Origin: a virus
Virus record (IMG/VR): IMGVR_UViG_3300044452_000161
Reading direction: 5' to 3' (one strand)
DNA length: 36,308 bases
Position 1 is the first letter of the stretch. Each line of letters starts with the position of its first letter. The notes beneath the pieces were generated by a model. It did not search any database and was not told the origin of the DNA. It saw only the letters and a program-made list of their open reading frames with translations. Shown here in pieces: positions 8,976-18,903 of the stretch. Both the position numbers and the translations under genes were made by a program.

Positions 8976-11633
8976 TCACGCGTTTGCGTATTGGCGGTCG
9001 ACGCGCTGTTGAATCGGCAGGGTCACATCCCCCGCGTTTGTATTGACCGCCTCAAGGCGCTGGTTAAGCCAGCCAAGCGCATGAATAACGATATCCACGC
9101 TTGCGACAGGGATTGACGCCGAGAACTGACCAGACGTGACGCTCTCCTCGCCTGCAATCTCAGTATTCGTTCCAGCCTCGTAAACCCGCACTTCCGTGTT
9201 GTTCTTGAGACCCGTCAACGTGAGGGTTGCCGGGGTTTCGACCACGACGGTGCCGCCGTATGGGGCTGAGCAGCTTGCAACATCTACATTCGAACCGCTT
9301 AAGTTAGTGATCGTCAAAGTCGCGCCATTTGACCCCATCCATTGGGCCTGAATGCTCGTTCGATCCCCAAACGTGATATTGTCGAAATCCAGGCTTAAAT
9401 CCGACGCCCCGACAGGCTTGTTGATCTTAATGGCAAGGGGCACATCGGGGTAGGTGTTGCCGGAAATCAGGTCTATCGCGGCCTGCATGTTTGCGGGCGT
9501 GTCGGACAGAATTTCCACCTCCGCAATAGCGCCTTTCTCAAACACCTCCACCCTGAGGTCAGCGAGCGGCACGTCGTTACCAGTATCACTCCAAGTCGCC
9601 CAATCGCTGTATCGGGTTCCGCTGAATGCGGGGTATTGAATGTCGGTTCCGCCTGTATCCAGTGTCCCGTCCGGCTGGCCGTACGCCCAATCGCCTGAGT
9701 GCGTAGCCTGGTCTGAGTTTGGCGCGGCCCCGTCGAACCCTGATTGCAGAACACCATCAACATAAGCCCTGCAACCCAAGTCACCGTCAAACAGAAGCCC
9801 GATATGGTAGGTTCTGTTAGGTGAGAGCAGAAAATCTGAGAAAGCCTGCAATTTGAAGCCGTTCGAACTATCAGCCACGTTGCACAGGAGCTTTCCTCCG
9901 AAGCCAATCACCATGTAAATGTTGTTGAAGTTACCGCCTTCTTCCCAAATCCCCTTTGGATCAAGTGGAATGCTCGGAAACCGAAACCACCCGCCTATGA
10001 AGCGCCGCCGATGCGTGTTCGTGACATTCGTAAAGCCGCTGTCGCGCATCTCTATGCGGGCGTTCGTAGTAGAAGGCCCCCAAGAGTTGGTTCTTGTTCT
10101 GCACAACGGTTCAGCAAAAAATCCCTGCGTTCCGCTGGAAGCCAGACTATTTGCGGCAAGCCCGCCAATTTCATCCGCGTATGTGTTGTCAAACGTATGA
10201 TAGTGATCCGGCAAGTTTGACAGTGATAGGATAACATCCGTGTAAGGCGGGACGCCCTTGTTTGTGGCCCAAGCGGCAACGCCCCCGCTCGCATTCTGGA
10301 CAATGATGTATATGCGACCGTCGGCCAGACCCGTTAAGTCCGCGTTGAACTGAATATTGGTGTCAGACCAGCTTGTTGCCACTTGCAAAACATCGGTGCC
10401 GCTTCCGATTGCTGGCGTATCTGAAACATAGATCGCACCTGCGCCTTGAGACGCCTCAAAGTTCGTTCCAATCACGCTGAGGCTTGTGTCGCCCTGATCA
10501 ATCTGCGTCGGCGCAGAGGTAATTACGACAGGCTCAACGCCTTGAACGCCTGAAAGATCAACAACACCGTATCGATAGGTGCCCGAATTCCCGCTGCGGT
10601 GTACCCAGGACTGTATGCTCGAAGTCGAGGTGATGCGCGCGCACAAAGCACCTCGCCCATGCGCTGTGCCTCCGCCATCAGAAAACACCGTCCATTCCAA
10701 ACAGGCTTCGTCAAGACTTGTGAGCGTTATGCCGGACGGGAACGGCTCTGCGACGTAACTGTTATTGTTCGAGATGTTACGAGCATTCACCTCACGGGCG
10801 ACACTCATCCCGCCATTCATCAGCACATAGACAAAGCCATTGCCTGTGTTCGCGCCCGTTGCATCCTTAGTCTGCTGGTAGGTGCCTGAACCCGCAGGTT
10901 CCACAACAAACGACATGTCTTCAATTGCATCGTTCGCGCCATTCCCTCCTGCCTGCCGGACCTCCGCGAAGAACGCCGATGTCCAGTCTATGTTTGGAGT
11001 AGCGCCAGTGTCACCGCGACTGTCCAAATACAAATCTCGAACCGCCGTCCCGAATGGCGGCTTGGAGTAGGCGACGGTCCAATTAGCTCCTGTAAATTCA
11101 ACAACTGTTACATAAACAACAAGCGTGGATGATCCTGAACCGCGCTCAACCACCAAATCTCCATTTGCGTCGAGATAGGCGATTGCCCCCATCTCAGCGG
11201 TGCTGTTCTGGCTTGCCTGAGTGCAGGTTTTCCCGGTGATAAAGCAAATGCACTTGTTTCGATCCACCACACCAGAAACAGATGTTGTGGACGGACCGGC
11301 ATCCGTTAGCGTTACCTGAACGCGGTCCCGCACAATGAATTCATCCAATCCGCCGGGTGCGCCAGTATACCTCCAGACCTCGCCGATCATTTTCGTTGTG
11401 CTGATCTGTCGGCCAAGCGTGATCTGAGAAGTCGAACTGACGTACGCATAGCCTGACATATCGTCAGGCCCAGAGGTTCCAGTTGTCCCTATACGACCGC
11501 CAGAGTGGCCGCGTGGGTTTGTGTTGCGGACGAAAGCTGAGGCTGTAGAAGGCAGCCCATTTGTCAGCGTGTGCGTTTGACCGTTGCTTGATACATCAAC
11601 GTCGAATGTTTCAACCTGAACAACACCCATCAC
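8976..11633 (-). CDS. Large virion/receptor-binding protein with LamG-like and Ig-like regions
   Basis: 885 aa, G/S/T-rich; SWSDTNIQF Ig/IPT-like segment; YHIGLLFDG..AYVDGVLQ LamG-like segment. Confidence 0.65.
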   Translation of the reverse strand: MMGVVQVETFDVDVSSNGQTHTLTNGLPSTASAFVRNTNPRGHSGGRIGTTGTSGPDDMSGYAYVSSTSQITLGRQISTTKMIGEVWRYTGAPGGLDEFIVRDRVQVTLTDAGPSTTSVSGVVDRNKCICFITGKTCTQASQNSTAEMGAIAYLDANGDLVVERGSGSSTLVVYVTVVEFTGANWTVAYSKPPFGTAVRDLYLDSRGDTGATPNIDWTSAFFAEVRQAGGNGANDAIEDMSFVVEPAGSGTYQQTKDATGANTGNGFVYVLMNGGMSVAREVNARNISNNNSYVAEPFPSGITLTSLDEACLEWTVFSDGGGTAHGRGALCARITSTSSIQSWVHRSGNSGTYRYGVVDLSGVQGVEPVVITSAPTQIDQGDTSLSVIGTNFEASQGAGAIYVSDTPAIGSGTDVLQVATSWSDTNIQFNADLTGLADGRIYIIVQNASGGVAAWATNKGVPPYTDVILSLSNLPDHYHTFDNTYADEIGGLAANSLASSGTQGFFAEPLCRTRTNSWGPSTTNARIEMRDSGFTNVTNTHRRRFIGGWFRFPSIPLDPKGIWEEGGNFNNIYMVIGFGGKLLCNVADSSNGFKLQAFSDFLLSPNRTYHIGLLFDGDLGCRAYVDGVLQSGFDGAAPNSDQATHSGDWAYGQPDGTLDTGGTDIQYPAFSGTRYSDWATWSDTGNDVPLADLRVEVFEKGAIAEVEILSDTPANMQAAIDLISGNTYPDVPLAIKINKPVGASDLSLDFDNITFGDRTSIQAQWMGSNGATLTITNLSGSNVDVASCSAPYGGTVVVETPATLTLTGLKNNTEVRVYEAGTNTEIAGEESVTSGQFSASIPVASVDIVIHALGWLNQRLEAVNTNAGDVTLPIQQRVDRQYANA

Positions 11634-12862
11634 GGATTCTCGTACTGTCGGTCAGGCACTTGGTTCACAGACAAAGTGATGTCTCCGCCAGTGAGGTCGA
11701 TGTTCCGCTCTAAGATGGCTTCATGCTCCAATTCGTAAATTGCGATGTCCACCAATTCCGCCCTGATAAGCATTGACGTTGTTCCTGAGGAAGAATCCTC
11801 CTGCGCCAATATTGTGTTTGTGCCTGCCTCAAATATTGAAACGCGACTGCCCGGAACCAACGGGGTCACGGTTACGAAAGCGGAATTTATTATGTTTACC
11901 GTGCCGCCATTTGGTGTGGAAACGATGCTGGCATTTGACTGCACATTTGTGATGTTGAGCGTGTCCGTACCCAGCCATTGGACGTGAACGCTGCATTCAT
12001 CGGGAAAGGTTATCAAAGGAAACGTTAAGTCTAAATCGCCACCGCCCAACACAGGCTCAATACGAATAGCAAGTGGTGAGTTAGCCATCGTCGTAAAGAC
12101 AAGAGCGTCAATAGCGGACTGCATATTGGGCTGCGTGTCTGAGGTTACTGTGACTTCCGCGACAGCCCCCTTTTCGAACAGTTCCGTGCGAATCTCCTCA
12201 TTCGTCGGTACGTTCGCGCCAACAAACGAATTCACCATCCCGTAATACCCATTCACGGGTGATACCAACTGAAACGCTGAACCGCCGATTGAATAAGTCG
12301 TCGTACCCGTTACCCCGCCTATACGGAATCCGCTGCGCCCCGCACCTGATACATCAGAAACGTTGGCAGTGCCTTGCGACACCCCATCTAGGAAAAACTC
12401 AAGCTGGCTGAAGCCACCACCAATGTCGCGAAACACCAAGGCCAAGTGATAAGGCCTGTCAGGGACAATCGCGGTGTTCGATCCGACTTGCACTACATCA
12501 GGGTCACAATCAGCCTCGCAAACAATTGAGTTCCCAAAGCCAAGAAAAAACGAGTTGTTGGCTGTTTGTCCACCATCACCAAACACACGGCACGGTGGCT
12601 GCTGAATGGCCGACGTTTGGAACCACAGCGAATAACAGTAGCCTACGGTTACATTCTGTACATCCGGATCAGATGCGGCTAACGCGCTATCATTCGTTCC
12701 GTTTGTGACATAGCTGGTGGCCGCATCAAGGCAGATTTGCGGGCCAGTGAAAGCGCCCCCTGAATTGGTGTAGTTCAGCGAACCAATGACGTCGTTTGCA
12801 TTACCATCAAGCGGCCAAAGATGGTTTGCACCAAGCGCGATAATGTCGTCGCGATATGCCAT
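11630..12862 (-). CDS. LamG-like (concanavalin fold) virion protein
   Basis: HLWPLDGNAND, SLWFQT, YHLALVF..FFLDGVSQG; paralogous to the C-terminal half of 8976-11633. Confidence 0.65.
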   Translation of the reverse strand: MAYRDDIIALGANHLWPLDGNANDVIGSLNYTNSGGAFTGPQICLDAATSYVTNGTNDSALAASDPDVQNVTVGYCYSLWFQTSAIQQPPCRVFGDGGQTANNSFFLGFGNSIVCEADCDPDVVQVGSNTAIVPDRPYHLALVFRDIGGGFSQLEFFLDGVSQGTANVSDVSGAGRSGFRIGGVTGTTTYSIGGSAFQLVSPVNGYYGMVNSFVGANVPTNEEIRTELFEKGAVAEVTVTSDTQPNMQSAIDALVFTTMANSPLAIRIEPVLGGGDLDLTFPLITFPDECSVHVQWLGTDTLNITNVQSNASIVSTPNGGTVNIINSAFVTVTPLVPGSRVSIFEAGTNTILAQEDSSSGTTSMLIRAELVDIAIYELEHEAILERNIDLTGGDITLSVNQVPDRQYENP

Positions 12863-14247
12863 TAGGCGTTTTCGTAGTTCCGCTCTAGCGGGCCAATCAA
12901 ACTAATGACGTTCGTGGTCGAACGCGTGATAACCCCAGTCGCCTTTGTAAACCCAGCCACGTCAAGGCCACCTGCAACAACGGTAATCGGCGCATCGACG
13001 CCGGGCGTGCGGCCACCTTGCGCGTTACCATCGAAGTCAAAATCGAACGTAATTGATGGCTGCCCCGCCACCGCGCCAGCAACATCTGTTGAAGAGTTGT
13101 CTTGTACAGTTATTGCGCTGCTTTCTCCGTACACGTTGCCAGCCGCATCTGTGAAGAAAACCCGGAAGTGTCCGTTCGGATCGTTCTGGAGGTTTGTGTT
13201 GAAATTTAGCGTGACTACCGCAACGAATGGGAAGGAGCGATTAGTTCCTGTGTTGTCGGTGAATGTAATCCGGTTTGTATCTGCGGTCTGAAAATTGTCG
13301 ATATAGACACCAGAACCGCCCCCATCTGGGTTGGTTACAGAAAGAGTTTCCAGAGACCCGGACCCATCACCTGCACCACCAATGAAACTCAGCAATTCGT
13401 CAGCTACCTGCCCTAACAAAGTGGATGCGTCAGCGTCGATATCGGCGTTCTGACGCAACTGGTACTGCACAAACTCGTAAATCTGTTCAGCCGTTCCGTT
13501 ATTGCCGTCAATGATAACGCCAAAGTCGAAGTTTGAGGCACCGATTGTCCGGCTTTGTGGCGTGCTGTGATACGTGATCGACATGCCTGTATAAGGCGCG
13601 ATTGTGGCAATGTTCCCGTCTGTCTCTGTAATGTTAAGGTCATTGCCCGTGTTCAGCGTTAGAGAGAACAGCTTAGGCGCTAGAAGGTTAGCTTCACCGT
13701 TGGCTGTCGTAGAGCCTTTGGAATAAAGTTGGCCTTGCTGCCGGTTGTACACGTCGATGTTTGTGGATCGATTAAAGCCGTCCGCGTAGTTTCCATCACC
13801 GTTTGGGTCGCTGATGATTTGAACAACCTCGGCAGTGTTGCCAAGGTAAACAAAATCCGTCGCCCCAGCTCCGGTATCGTAGTAGATTTGGTCGTCCGCC
13901 TCTGCGCCGAGAATTGCGATGCCCGCCCAATGCTCGGTTACGTTGCCAGATGTGTTGCGGACCAAGAAGCCACCACGACGCAAAAGGTTTCGCGTAGTCG
14001 TGTCCGCCCAGTTCCAACCCTCCTGAAGCTCAAAGAATTCGTCTGTAATCGGAACGAAAGGGAATTCGAACTTGGGCAGGTTTCCATCGTCCTTCCATTC
14101 CTCTTTGGCGAAAGAATAGACTGCCTTTAGGGTCACGCCATCTGCCGATAGGTTTCCCGCTTCAAGCAACTGGATTGTCTTGGCGTTTGTGTCAAAAACA
14201 ACCTCTGTACCTTGGTTGAGGCTGTCAGGATCGGTAATAAGTGCCAT
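12862..14247 (-). CDS. Probable virion structural protein
   Basis: 461 aa, D/N/T/G-rich; GGAGG RBS; TAATG coupling to the next gene. Confidence 0.6.
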   Translation of the reverse strand: MALITDPDSLNQGTEVVFDTNAKTIQLLEAGNLSADGVTLKAVYSFAKEEWKDDGNLPKFEFPFVPITDEFFELQEGWNWADTTTRNLLRRGGFLVRNTSGNVTEHWAGIAILGAEADDQIYYDTGAGATDFVYLGNTAEVVQIISDPNGDGNYADGFNRSTNIDVYNRQQGQLYSKGSTTANGEANLLAPKLFSLTLNTGNDLNITETDGNIATIAPYTGMSITYHSTPQSRTIGASNFDFGVIIDGNNGTAEQIYEFVQYQLRQNADIDADASTLLGQVADELLSFIGGAGDGSGSLETLSVTNPDGGGSGVYIDNFQTADTNRITFTDNTGTNRSFPFVAVVTLNFNTNLQNDPNGHFRVFFTDAAGNVYGESSAITVQDNSSTDVAGAVAGQPSITFDFDFDGNAQGGRTPGVDAPITVVAGGLDVAGFTKATGVITRSTTNVISLIGPLERNYENA

Positions 14248-14309
14248 TAAATGTCCTCCGACTTCGTATTGGCCTTAGTGGGTTGGTGGTGTAGTCCGAT
14301 GGTCGGGGA

Positions 14310-14816
14310 TCAGGACTTGGTTGAAGTGACCTTGGTGAGGACACCGCTCGTGTATTCTAGATGCCTACTTGTGCCTGTGGCGGAGTTTTGGACCCTAATC
14401 AAATTGTCTGAGGCATCGTAACTTAGGCTTATCTCTGTGCCGTCTTCTGCGGTGACACGTGTGAGTAGGCCCGTTTCATAGGTTAGGGTTTTGTCATCCA
14501 GAACTTCGAAAGTTGCTGGATTTAGTTCGCGGTCGCTTCCAACAACCAAAGCGCCACTTGATGCGCCAGCTTCAATGACCGATACAATCTCAGCCTCTGT
14601 AAAGGCTCCGAATGACTCGGCAAGGGTATATCTATCTGCCACCGGCACAGACAAAGAAGAGACCAGTGCCTCTATGTATTGCCCTTTTCGAAGGTCTGCG
14701 ACGAAGGTCGATGACGTTTCGATATCGGTTGAGATCATGGACTGCCTGGCAAGGTATGAAACAAGCTCGCCTTCAGCGTCTATACCAGTTCTCAGGTTGT
14801 TATTCTTACCGGACAT
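14310..14816 (-). CDS. Hypothetical protein with a short YD-like C-terminal segment
   Basis: LTYETGLLTRVT..LSYDASDNLIRV..LEYTSGVLTKV. Confidence 0.5.
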   Translation of the reverse strand: MSGKNNNLRTGIDAEGELVSYLARQSMISTDIETSSTFVADLRKGQYIEALVSSLSVPVADRYTLAESFGAFTEAEIVSVIEAGASSGALVVGSDRELNPATFEVLDDKTLTYETGLLTRVTAEDGTEISLSYDASDNLIRVQNSATGTSRHLEYTSGVLTKVTSTKS

Positions 14817-15210
14817 TAAATTGTAAAGTTCCTACTCCGTAGGATAGTGTGTCACCATCTGGGTTCGTTCGAGGAGCCGCCACTGGGCCGTGAAAGATAA
14901 GGTTACCTTGATCGTCCAATACCGCCGCGTGAGTAATTGTAGGCCAATCGCTGTTTACCGCAGGACCGAAAATCAACGCTGATTGGTTCGATACTTTGGT
15001 CCCAGTCCCCTGTGTGTGAACCGGTGCGCTCAGGGTAACCGATTGGCGTCCATATCCATTCAATACGGGCGGTTCCGTCAGCCCCGTGCCATCATCCAAA
15101 ATTTCCGTGGAAGACAAAGCCACGACCAAACTGGCAGGAGGTGTCGGCATTGTCGAACCTCTGATCCAATTGATAATGGATTGCTGAATATCTGCGCTGA
15201 GACCTGCCAT
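14806..15210 (-). CDS. Small tail-associated/tail-fibre-like protein
   Basis: GYGRQSV..SNQSALIFGPA..DWPTITHAAVLD..GNLIFHG pattern, typical of ~130-aa phage tail proteins. Confidence 0.6.
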   Translation of the reverse strand: MAGLSADIQQSIINWIRGSTMPTPPASLVVALSSTEILDDGTGLTEPPVLNGYGRQSVTLSAPVHTQGTGTKVSNQSALIFGPAVNSDWPTITHAAVLDDQGNLIFHGPVAAPRTNPDGDTLSYGVGTLQFNVR

Positions 15211-15476
15211 TATTCCACCGTGAACCAGATGTTTCCGTCGGTTTCTCCGTCAGCTAAGACGAAGTGAACGACATTGTTTGCCCATACACTCACAGTCTCG
15301 GCGCAATCAGCCGCAATAGGCATACCATTGTCTTGGTTCACTGTATCGGTGGGGACTGCACCGAGTACGTGAACGGCACGATTACTGTACACACGTAGTT
15401 TTACAGGAGCGCCACCAGGATTGTAGGTGCTGGGTACAGATGTAACGACTGCGCGTGTGGTTTTATTGATGTTCAT
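15210..15476 (-). CDS. Small beta-rich hypothetical protein (probably structural)
   Basis: Likely start is MNINKTT at 15476; the longer ORF call would cover the divergent promoter region. Confidence 0.5.
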   Translation of the reverse strand: MNINKTTRAVVTSVPSTYNPGGAPVKLRVYSNRAVHVLGAVPTDTVNQDNGMPIAADCAETVSVWANNVVHFVLADGETDGNIWFTVE

Positions 15477-15529
15477 GGAAGCTGCTCTGCTGAGAATTAT
15501 GACGAAATCATATCCGTAGCAGTCCGAAA

Positions 15530-15546
15530 TGTCAATCATTATGACA
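15530..15546. promoter_or_regulatory. TGTCA-N7-TGACA palindrome in the divergent promoter region
   Basis: TGTCA ATCATTA TGACA. Confidence 0.6.
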
Positions 15547-15580
15547 GTATGGCTGATGATATGCTGCTTCAAACTTAGTA

Positions 15581-15610
15581 TTGACATTCATTATGACATT
15601 GATGTATGAA
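15581..15610 (+). promoter_or_regulatory. Putative sigma70-type promoter for the NAD salvage genes
   Basis: TTGACA-18 nt-TATGAA, about 60 bp before the nadM start. Confidence 0.45.
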
Positions 15611-15667
15611 ATTGTGACAAGTCGATGGATAGACCGTCGCACACACAAAACGAAAGGAGTTTTCGTT

Positions 15668-16693
15668 ATGGACTACGATGTCCTAGCCTTCATCGGGCGT
15701 TTTCAACCGTTTCACGACGGTCACAAAGCGGTAGTAGACGAGGCCTTGTCGCGCGCCAAAAAGGTCGCCCTCGTCATTGGTTCCCACGACCAGCCGCGAA
15801 GCGCGCGCAACCCATTTTCCACATCTGAGCGCATCGAAATGATCTCCGCAGTGTATCCTGAGGAGGTATCTTCAGGGCGTATACACTTCGTTCCTCAAGT
15901 TGATCACACGTACAACATGGGGCGATGGATTTCTGGCGTACAGACCGGCGTCAATGCTATTGCAAATACACCGTTTACGCCAGACCCGGTCCGCATTGGA
16001 TTGATCGGGCACTCAAAAGACAACTCATCGTTCTACCTAAAGAGCTTCCCGACTTGGGGAAGTGTCGAGGCCCAGAATTACAAAGGTATAAACGCCACAG
16101 AGTTGCGTGAACTCTTATTCGAAGGCCGTCGTCCTACAGTTGGGTGGACCATTCCTGAAGCTGTCAGAGTTTATCTCGACGCATGGATGAAAAAAGACGC
16201 GTACATCCAAGTTGGCGAAGAGTTTGCGTTCATCAAAAAATACAAGAAGCAGTGGGAGGGTTCTCCTTACGATCCGACATTTCACACCGTAGATACAGTG
16301 GTGGTACAGTCTGGTCACGTCCTTCTTGTTGAGCGCGGCGCTATGCCTGGAAAAGATCTTTGGGCGCTGCCTGGAGGATTCTTGGACGCATCCGAAACAA
16401 CAAAACAATCGGCGCTCAGAGAACTCCGTGAAGAGACTCGAATTGACCTGTCTGACAGCGTTCTAAACGGCGCGATCCGGGCTAAGAAGCAATACGATGA
16501 TCCGCACCGCTCACAACGTGGGCGGACGATTACAACGGCCTTTTACATTGAATTATCGCCCCGTGACCAACTTCCAAAAATCAAAGGAAGCGACGATGCG
16601 GCCAAGGCACAGTGGGTGCCCATGTCAAACTTATCGCGGTCCGGTTTGTATGAGGATCACTACGACATCATAGAGGACCTTGTTGGGCTATGA
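15668..16693 (+). CDS. nadM: Bifunctional NMN adenylyltransferase / Nudix hydrolase
   Basis: FIGRFQPFHDGH (HxGH), RNPFS..ERI, KDNSSFYL..FP.W, INATELR, Nudix box LPGGFL..ETTKQSALRELREETRI, GSDDA; AAAGGAG RBS. Confidence 0.92.
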   Translation: MDYDVLAFIGRFQPFHDGHKAVVDEALSRAKKVALVIGSHDQPRSARNPFSTSERIEMISAVYPEEVSSGRIHFVPQVDHTYNMGRWISGVQTGVNAIANTPFTPDPVRIGLIGHSKDNSSFYLKSFPTWGSVEAQNYKGINATELRELLFEGRRPTVGWTIPEAVRVYLDAWMKKDAYIQVGEEFAFIKKYKKQWEGSPYDPTFHTVDTVVVQSGHVLLVERGAMPGKDLWALPGGFLDASETTKQSALRELREETRIDLSDSVLNGAIRAKKQYDDPHRSQRGRTITTAFYIELSPRDQLPKIKGSDDAAKAQWVPMSNLSRSGLYEDHYDIIEDLVGL

Positions 16694-17013
16694 TCAAGCC
16701 GATTTCACCCGACGCTGTTGAGAAAAAACTCAACGAGAAGAAATACATTCCAGGCTTCGTTTTCGAAGGGTTCAACGCCTGTATTTTGGCCGAGTACAAT
16801 AATGGATGGGCGCGTGTTTATCAAGATGATGTAATCAACGCTATCCTGAAATCATGTGCAAACGAGTTCGATAGACAAACGCTGTTCGATTCAGGTTGGT
16901 TGGATGTTGAGCCTCATTATTAGGAACATGGTTGGCGTGTAATATATCGAAAGCAACTCATCGGCGACACCGATCCCTCCCATTTTATCTTTGAGCGCAA
17001 ACGTACGGGATAG
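16690..17013 (+). pseudogene. Phage hypothetical protein with an in-frame TAG at 16921-16923
   Basis: The frame stays open for 29 codons past the TAG (GWLDVEPHY*EHGWRVIY..HFIF) to the TAG at 17011. Confidence 0.5.
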
Positions 17014-17052
17014 ACCTGTACAAAACCCCAATGAGAAAGGAGTTTTCTCACT

Positions 17053-18459
17053 ATGTTCGACATTGCAGAAACCGGAGGCATTAGCCCCATCTTGATGGCA
17101 GATAGCTACAAGGCAAGTCACTATAACCAATATCCTCCCAAAGCCACACGAATTTCGTCGTACATTGAACCACGAGGCGGCGTGTTCGAAGAGGGTGTGT
17201 TTTTCGGTCTACAGGCTTTCGTTAAGAAGTATCTAATGTCCAATATAACGGCACAAGACGTTGAATTTGCGGATGAGTTGATGCGTGCGCACGGCGTTCC
17301 GTTCAACAAAGCCGGATGGATGTCTATTGTGTTGGGATACGGCGGACGACTGCCGATAACCATTGAGGCGGTGGAAGAGGGAACAGTTATGCCGGTCGGA
17401 AACGTCCAGGTTCAGGTTACGTCCGCTCCCTCGTTCGCGTGGTTGACGTCCTACATCGAGACTGCACTTCAGCGTGCCATTTGGTATCCATCAACGGTCG
17501 CAACGCTTTCTCGAGAAGCGAAGAAAATATTGTATGCAGGTTTGGTGACATCCTCAAACGATCCTGACGGACAGATCGGATTCAAGCTGCACGACTTTGG
17601 CGCAAGGGGTGCGACTTCGTCTGAAGCAGCTATGCTGGGCGGCATGGGTCACCTCGTAAACTTCCTCGGGACTGATACATTGGAGGCAGTTATCGGCGCA
17701 CGGCGTTTCTACAACGAGCCTATGGCTGGGTTTTCGATCCCTGCGACCGAACACTCCACTATGACGTCTTGGACACGCAGCGGCGAGGTTGCAGCATACC
17801 AGAACCTTCTCGAGCAATATCCAACTGGGTTGGTCGCGTGTGTCATCGACAGCTACGATACCATGAACGCGGTGGGTGAAATCTACGGAGGTGTCTTGAA
17901 GGATACTGTGATGGCGCGCGAAGGGACTCTCGTTTTGCGCCCAGATAGCGGAGACCCAGTAAAGATGCCTCTCGACGTCATCGAACTGGCTATGGATAAA
18001 TTTGGGTATTCGTACACAAGTAAAGGGTACAAGGTTCTCCCAGACCAAGTACGTGTGATCCAAGGCGACGGCATGGATTTGGGCAACATCAAGTCTCTGG
18101 TCGATCAGGCTTTGAACCGTGGCATTAGTGTAGACAATTTCGCTGTGGGTATGGGCGGAGGTCTTCTTCAGAAGGTCAACCGGGACACGATGAAGTATGC
18201 CATGAAGGCAAACGCAATTGAGATCGATGGCGTGTGGCACGATGTTTACAAAGACCCTATCACCGACTCCGGAAAACGCTCTAAGCGAGGTCGCCTTGCT
18301 TTAGTAAAGCGCGACGGACAGTTTACGACGATCCGTAAAGAAGAGGTGGTCTCTGGTGGTCACGGGGCCGAGAAGAATTATCTCAGCACGGTGTTTGAAA
18401 ACGGTTGGATGCACAGAGAGGCAGACTTCAGCGAGATCAGGGATCGCGCCTCTATTTGA
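17053..18459 (+). CDS. nadV: Nicotinamide phosphoribosyltransferase (NAMPT)
   Basis: ADSYKASHYNQYP, KLHDFGARG, HLVNFLGTD, SIPATEHST, DSYD, LRPDSGDP, VIQGDG, GMGGGLLQKVNRDT. Confidence 0.93.
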   Translation: MFDIAETGGISPILMADSYKASHYNQYPPKATRISSYIEPRGGVFEEGVFFGLQAFVKKYLMSNITAQDVEFADELMRAHGVPFNKAGWMSIVLGYGGRLPITIEAVEEGTVMPVGNVQVQVTSAPSFAWLTSYIETALQRAIWYPSTVATLSREAKKILYAGLVTSSNDPDGQIGFKLHDFGARGATSSEAAMLGGMGHLVNFLGTDTLEAVIGARRFYNEPMAGFSIPATEHSTMTSWTRSGEVAAYQNLLEQYPTGLVACVIDSYDTMNAVGEIYGGVLKDTVMAREGTLVLRPDSGDPVKMPLDVIELAMDKFGYSYTSKGYKVLPDQVRVIQGDGMDLGNIKSLVDQALNRGISVDNFAVGMGGGLLQKVNRDTMKYAMKANAIEIDGVWHDVYKDPITDSGKRSKRGRLALVKRDGQFTTIRKEEVVSGGHGAEKNYLSTVFENGWMHREADFSEIRDRASI

Positions 18460-18537
18460 TCTGTTGTGTCAGGTATTGTGACTCGCCATCTTGGTGCGTC
18501 ATATTTTTTGTCATTACGGATTGACTTTGCCTGCAAA

Positions 18538-18554
18538 TGTCACGATAAATGACA
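18538..18554. promoter_or_regulatory. TGTCA-N7-TGACA palindrome
   Basis: TGTCA CGATAAA TGACA, 25 bp before the ATG at 18580. Confidence 0.6.
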
Positions 18555-18579
18555 GGATAGATAAGGTCTCGGAGATAAA

Positions 18580-18849
18580 ATGGCTTCTGCACAAGCGTGG
18601 CGTGATGATGATTTGTTCTGCGTTAGGCTTAACGGTGCGCGTTGGACCTTGGTTTTCTCCTTTTCAAAGAAGCTTTTGTCAAAGGGAGCTTCCTTAGCCC
18701 GAATGATGAACTTAGAGGTGCGTAGAACGCTTACCTACAGTTCAAATGTCGTTCCAGAAGAAGAACTTAGAGCAGTGTCCAAGATCGCAATGCAGGAGTT
18801 ACGCGGCCTGGTTGAAGGGTACTTTGACGATCACGGGCTTCGTGCGTGA
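18580..18849 (+). CDS. Hypothetical protein
   Basis: 89-aa ORF with GGAGA RBS. Confidence 0.55.
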   Translation: MASAQAWRDDDLFCVRLNGARWTLVFSFSKKLLSKGASLARMMNLEVRRTLTYSSNVVPEEELRAVSKIAMQELRGLVEGYFDDHGLRA

Positions 18850-18852
18850 TCC

Positions 18853-18873
18853 GATGTCACAATTTGTGACATC
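18853..18873. promoter_or_regulatory. Perfect 21-bp palindromic operator upstream of the primase gene
   Basis: GATGTCACAA-T-TTGTGACATC, containing TGTCA-N7-TGACA. Confidence 0.7.
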
Positions 18874-18903
18874 CAATAACAAATACAGACCCTGCGAGGT
18901 TAG

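Noticed and set aside
17554-18240. 228-aa antisense ORF and other shadow ORFs opposite long genes
   Set aside because: They lie fully antisense to well-supported genes such as nadV and show no motifs.
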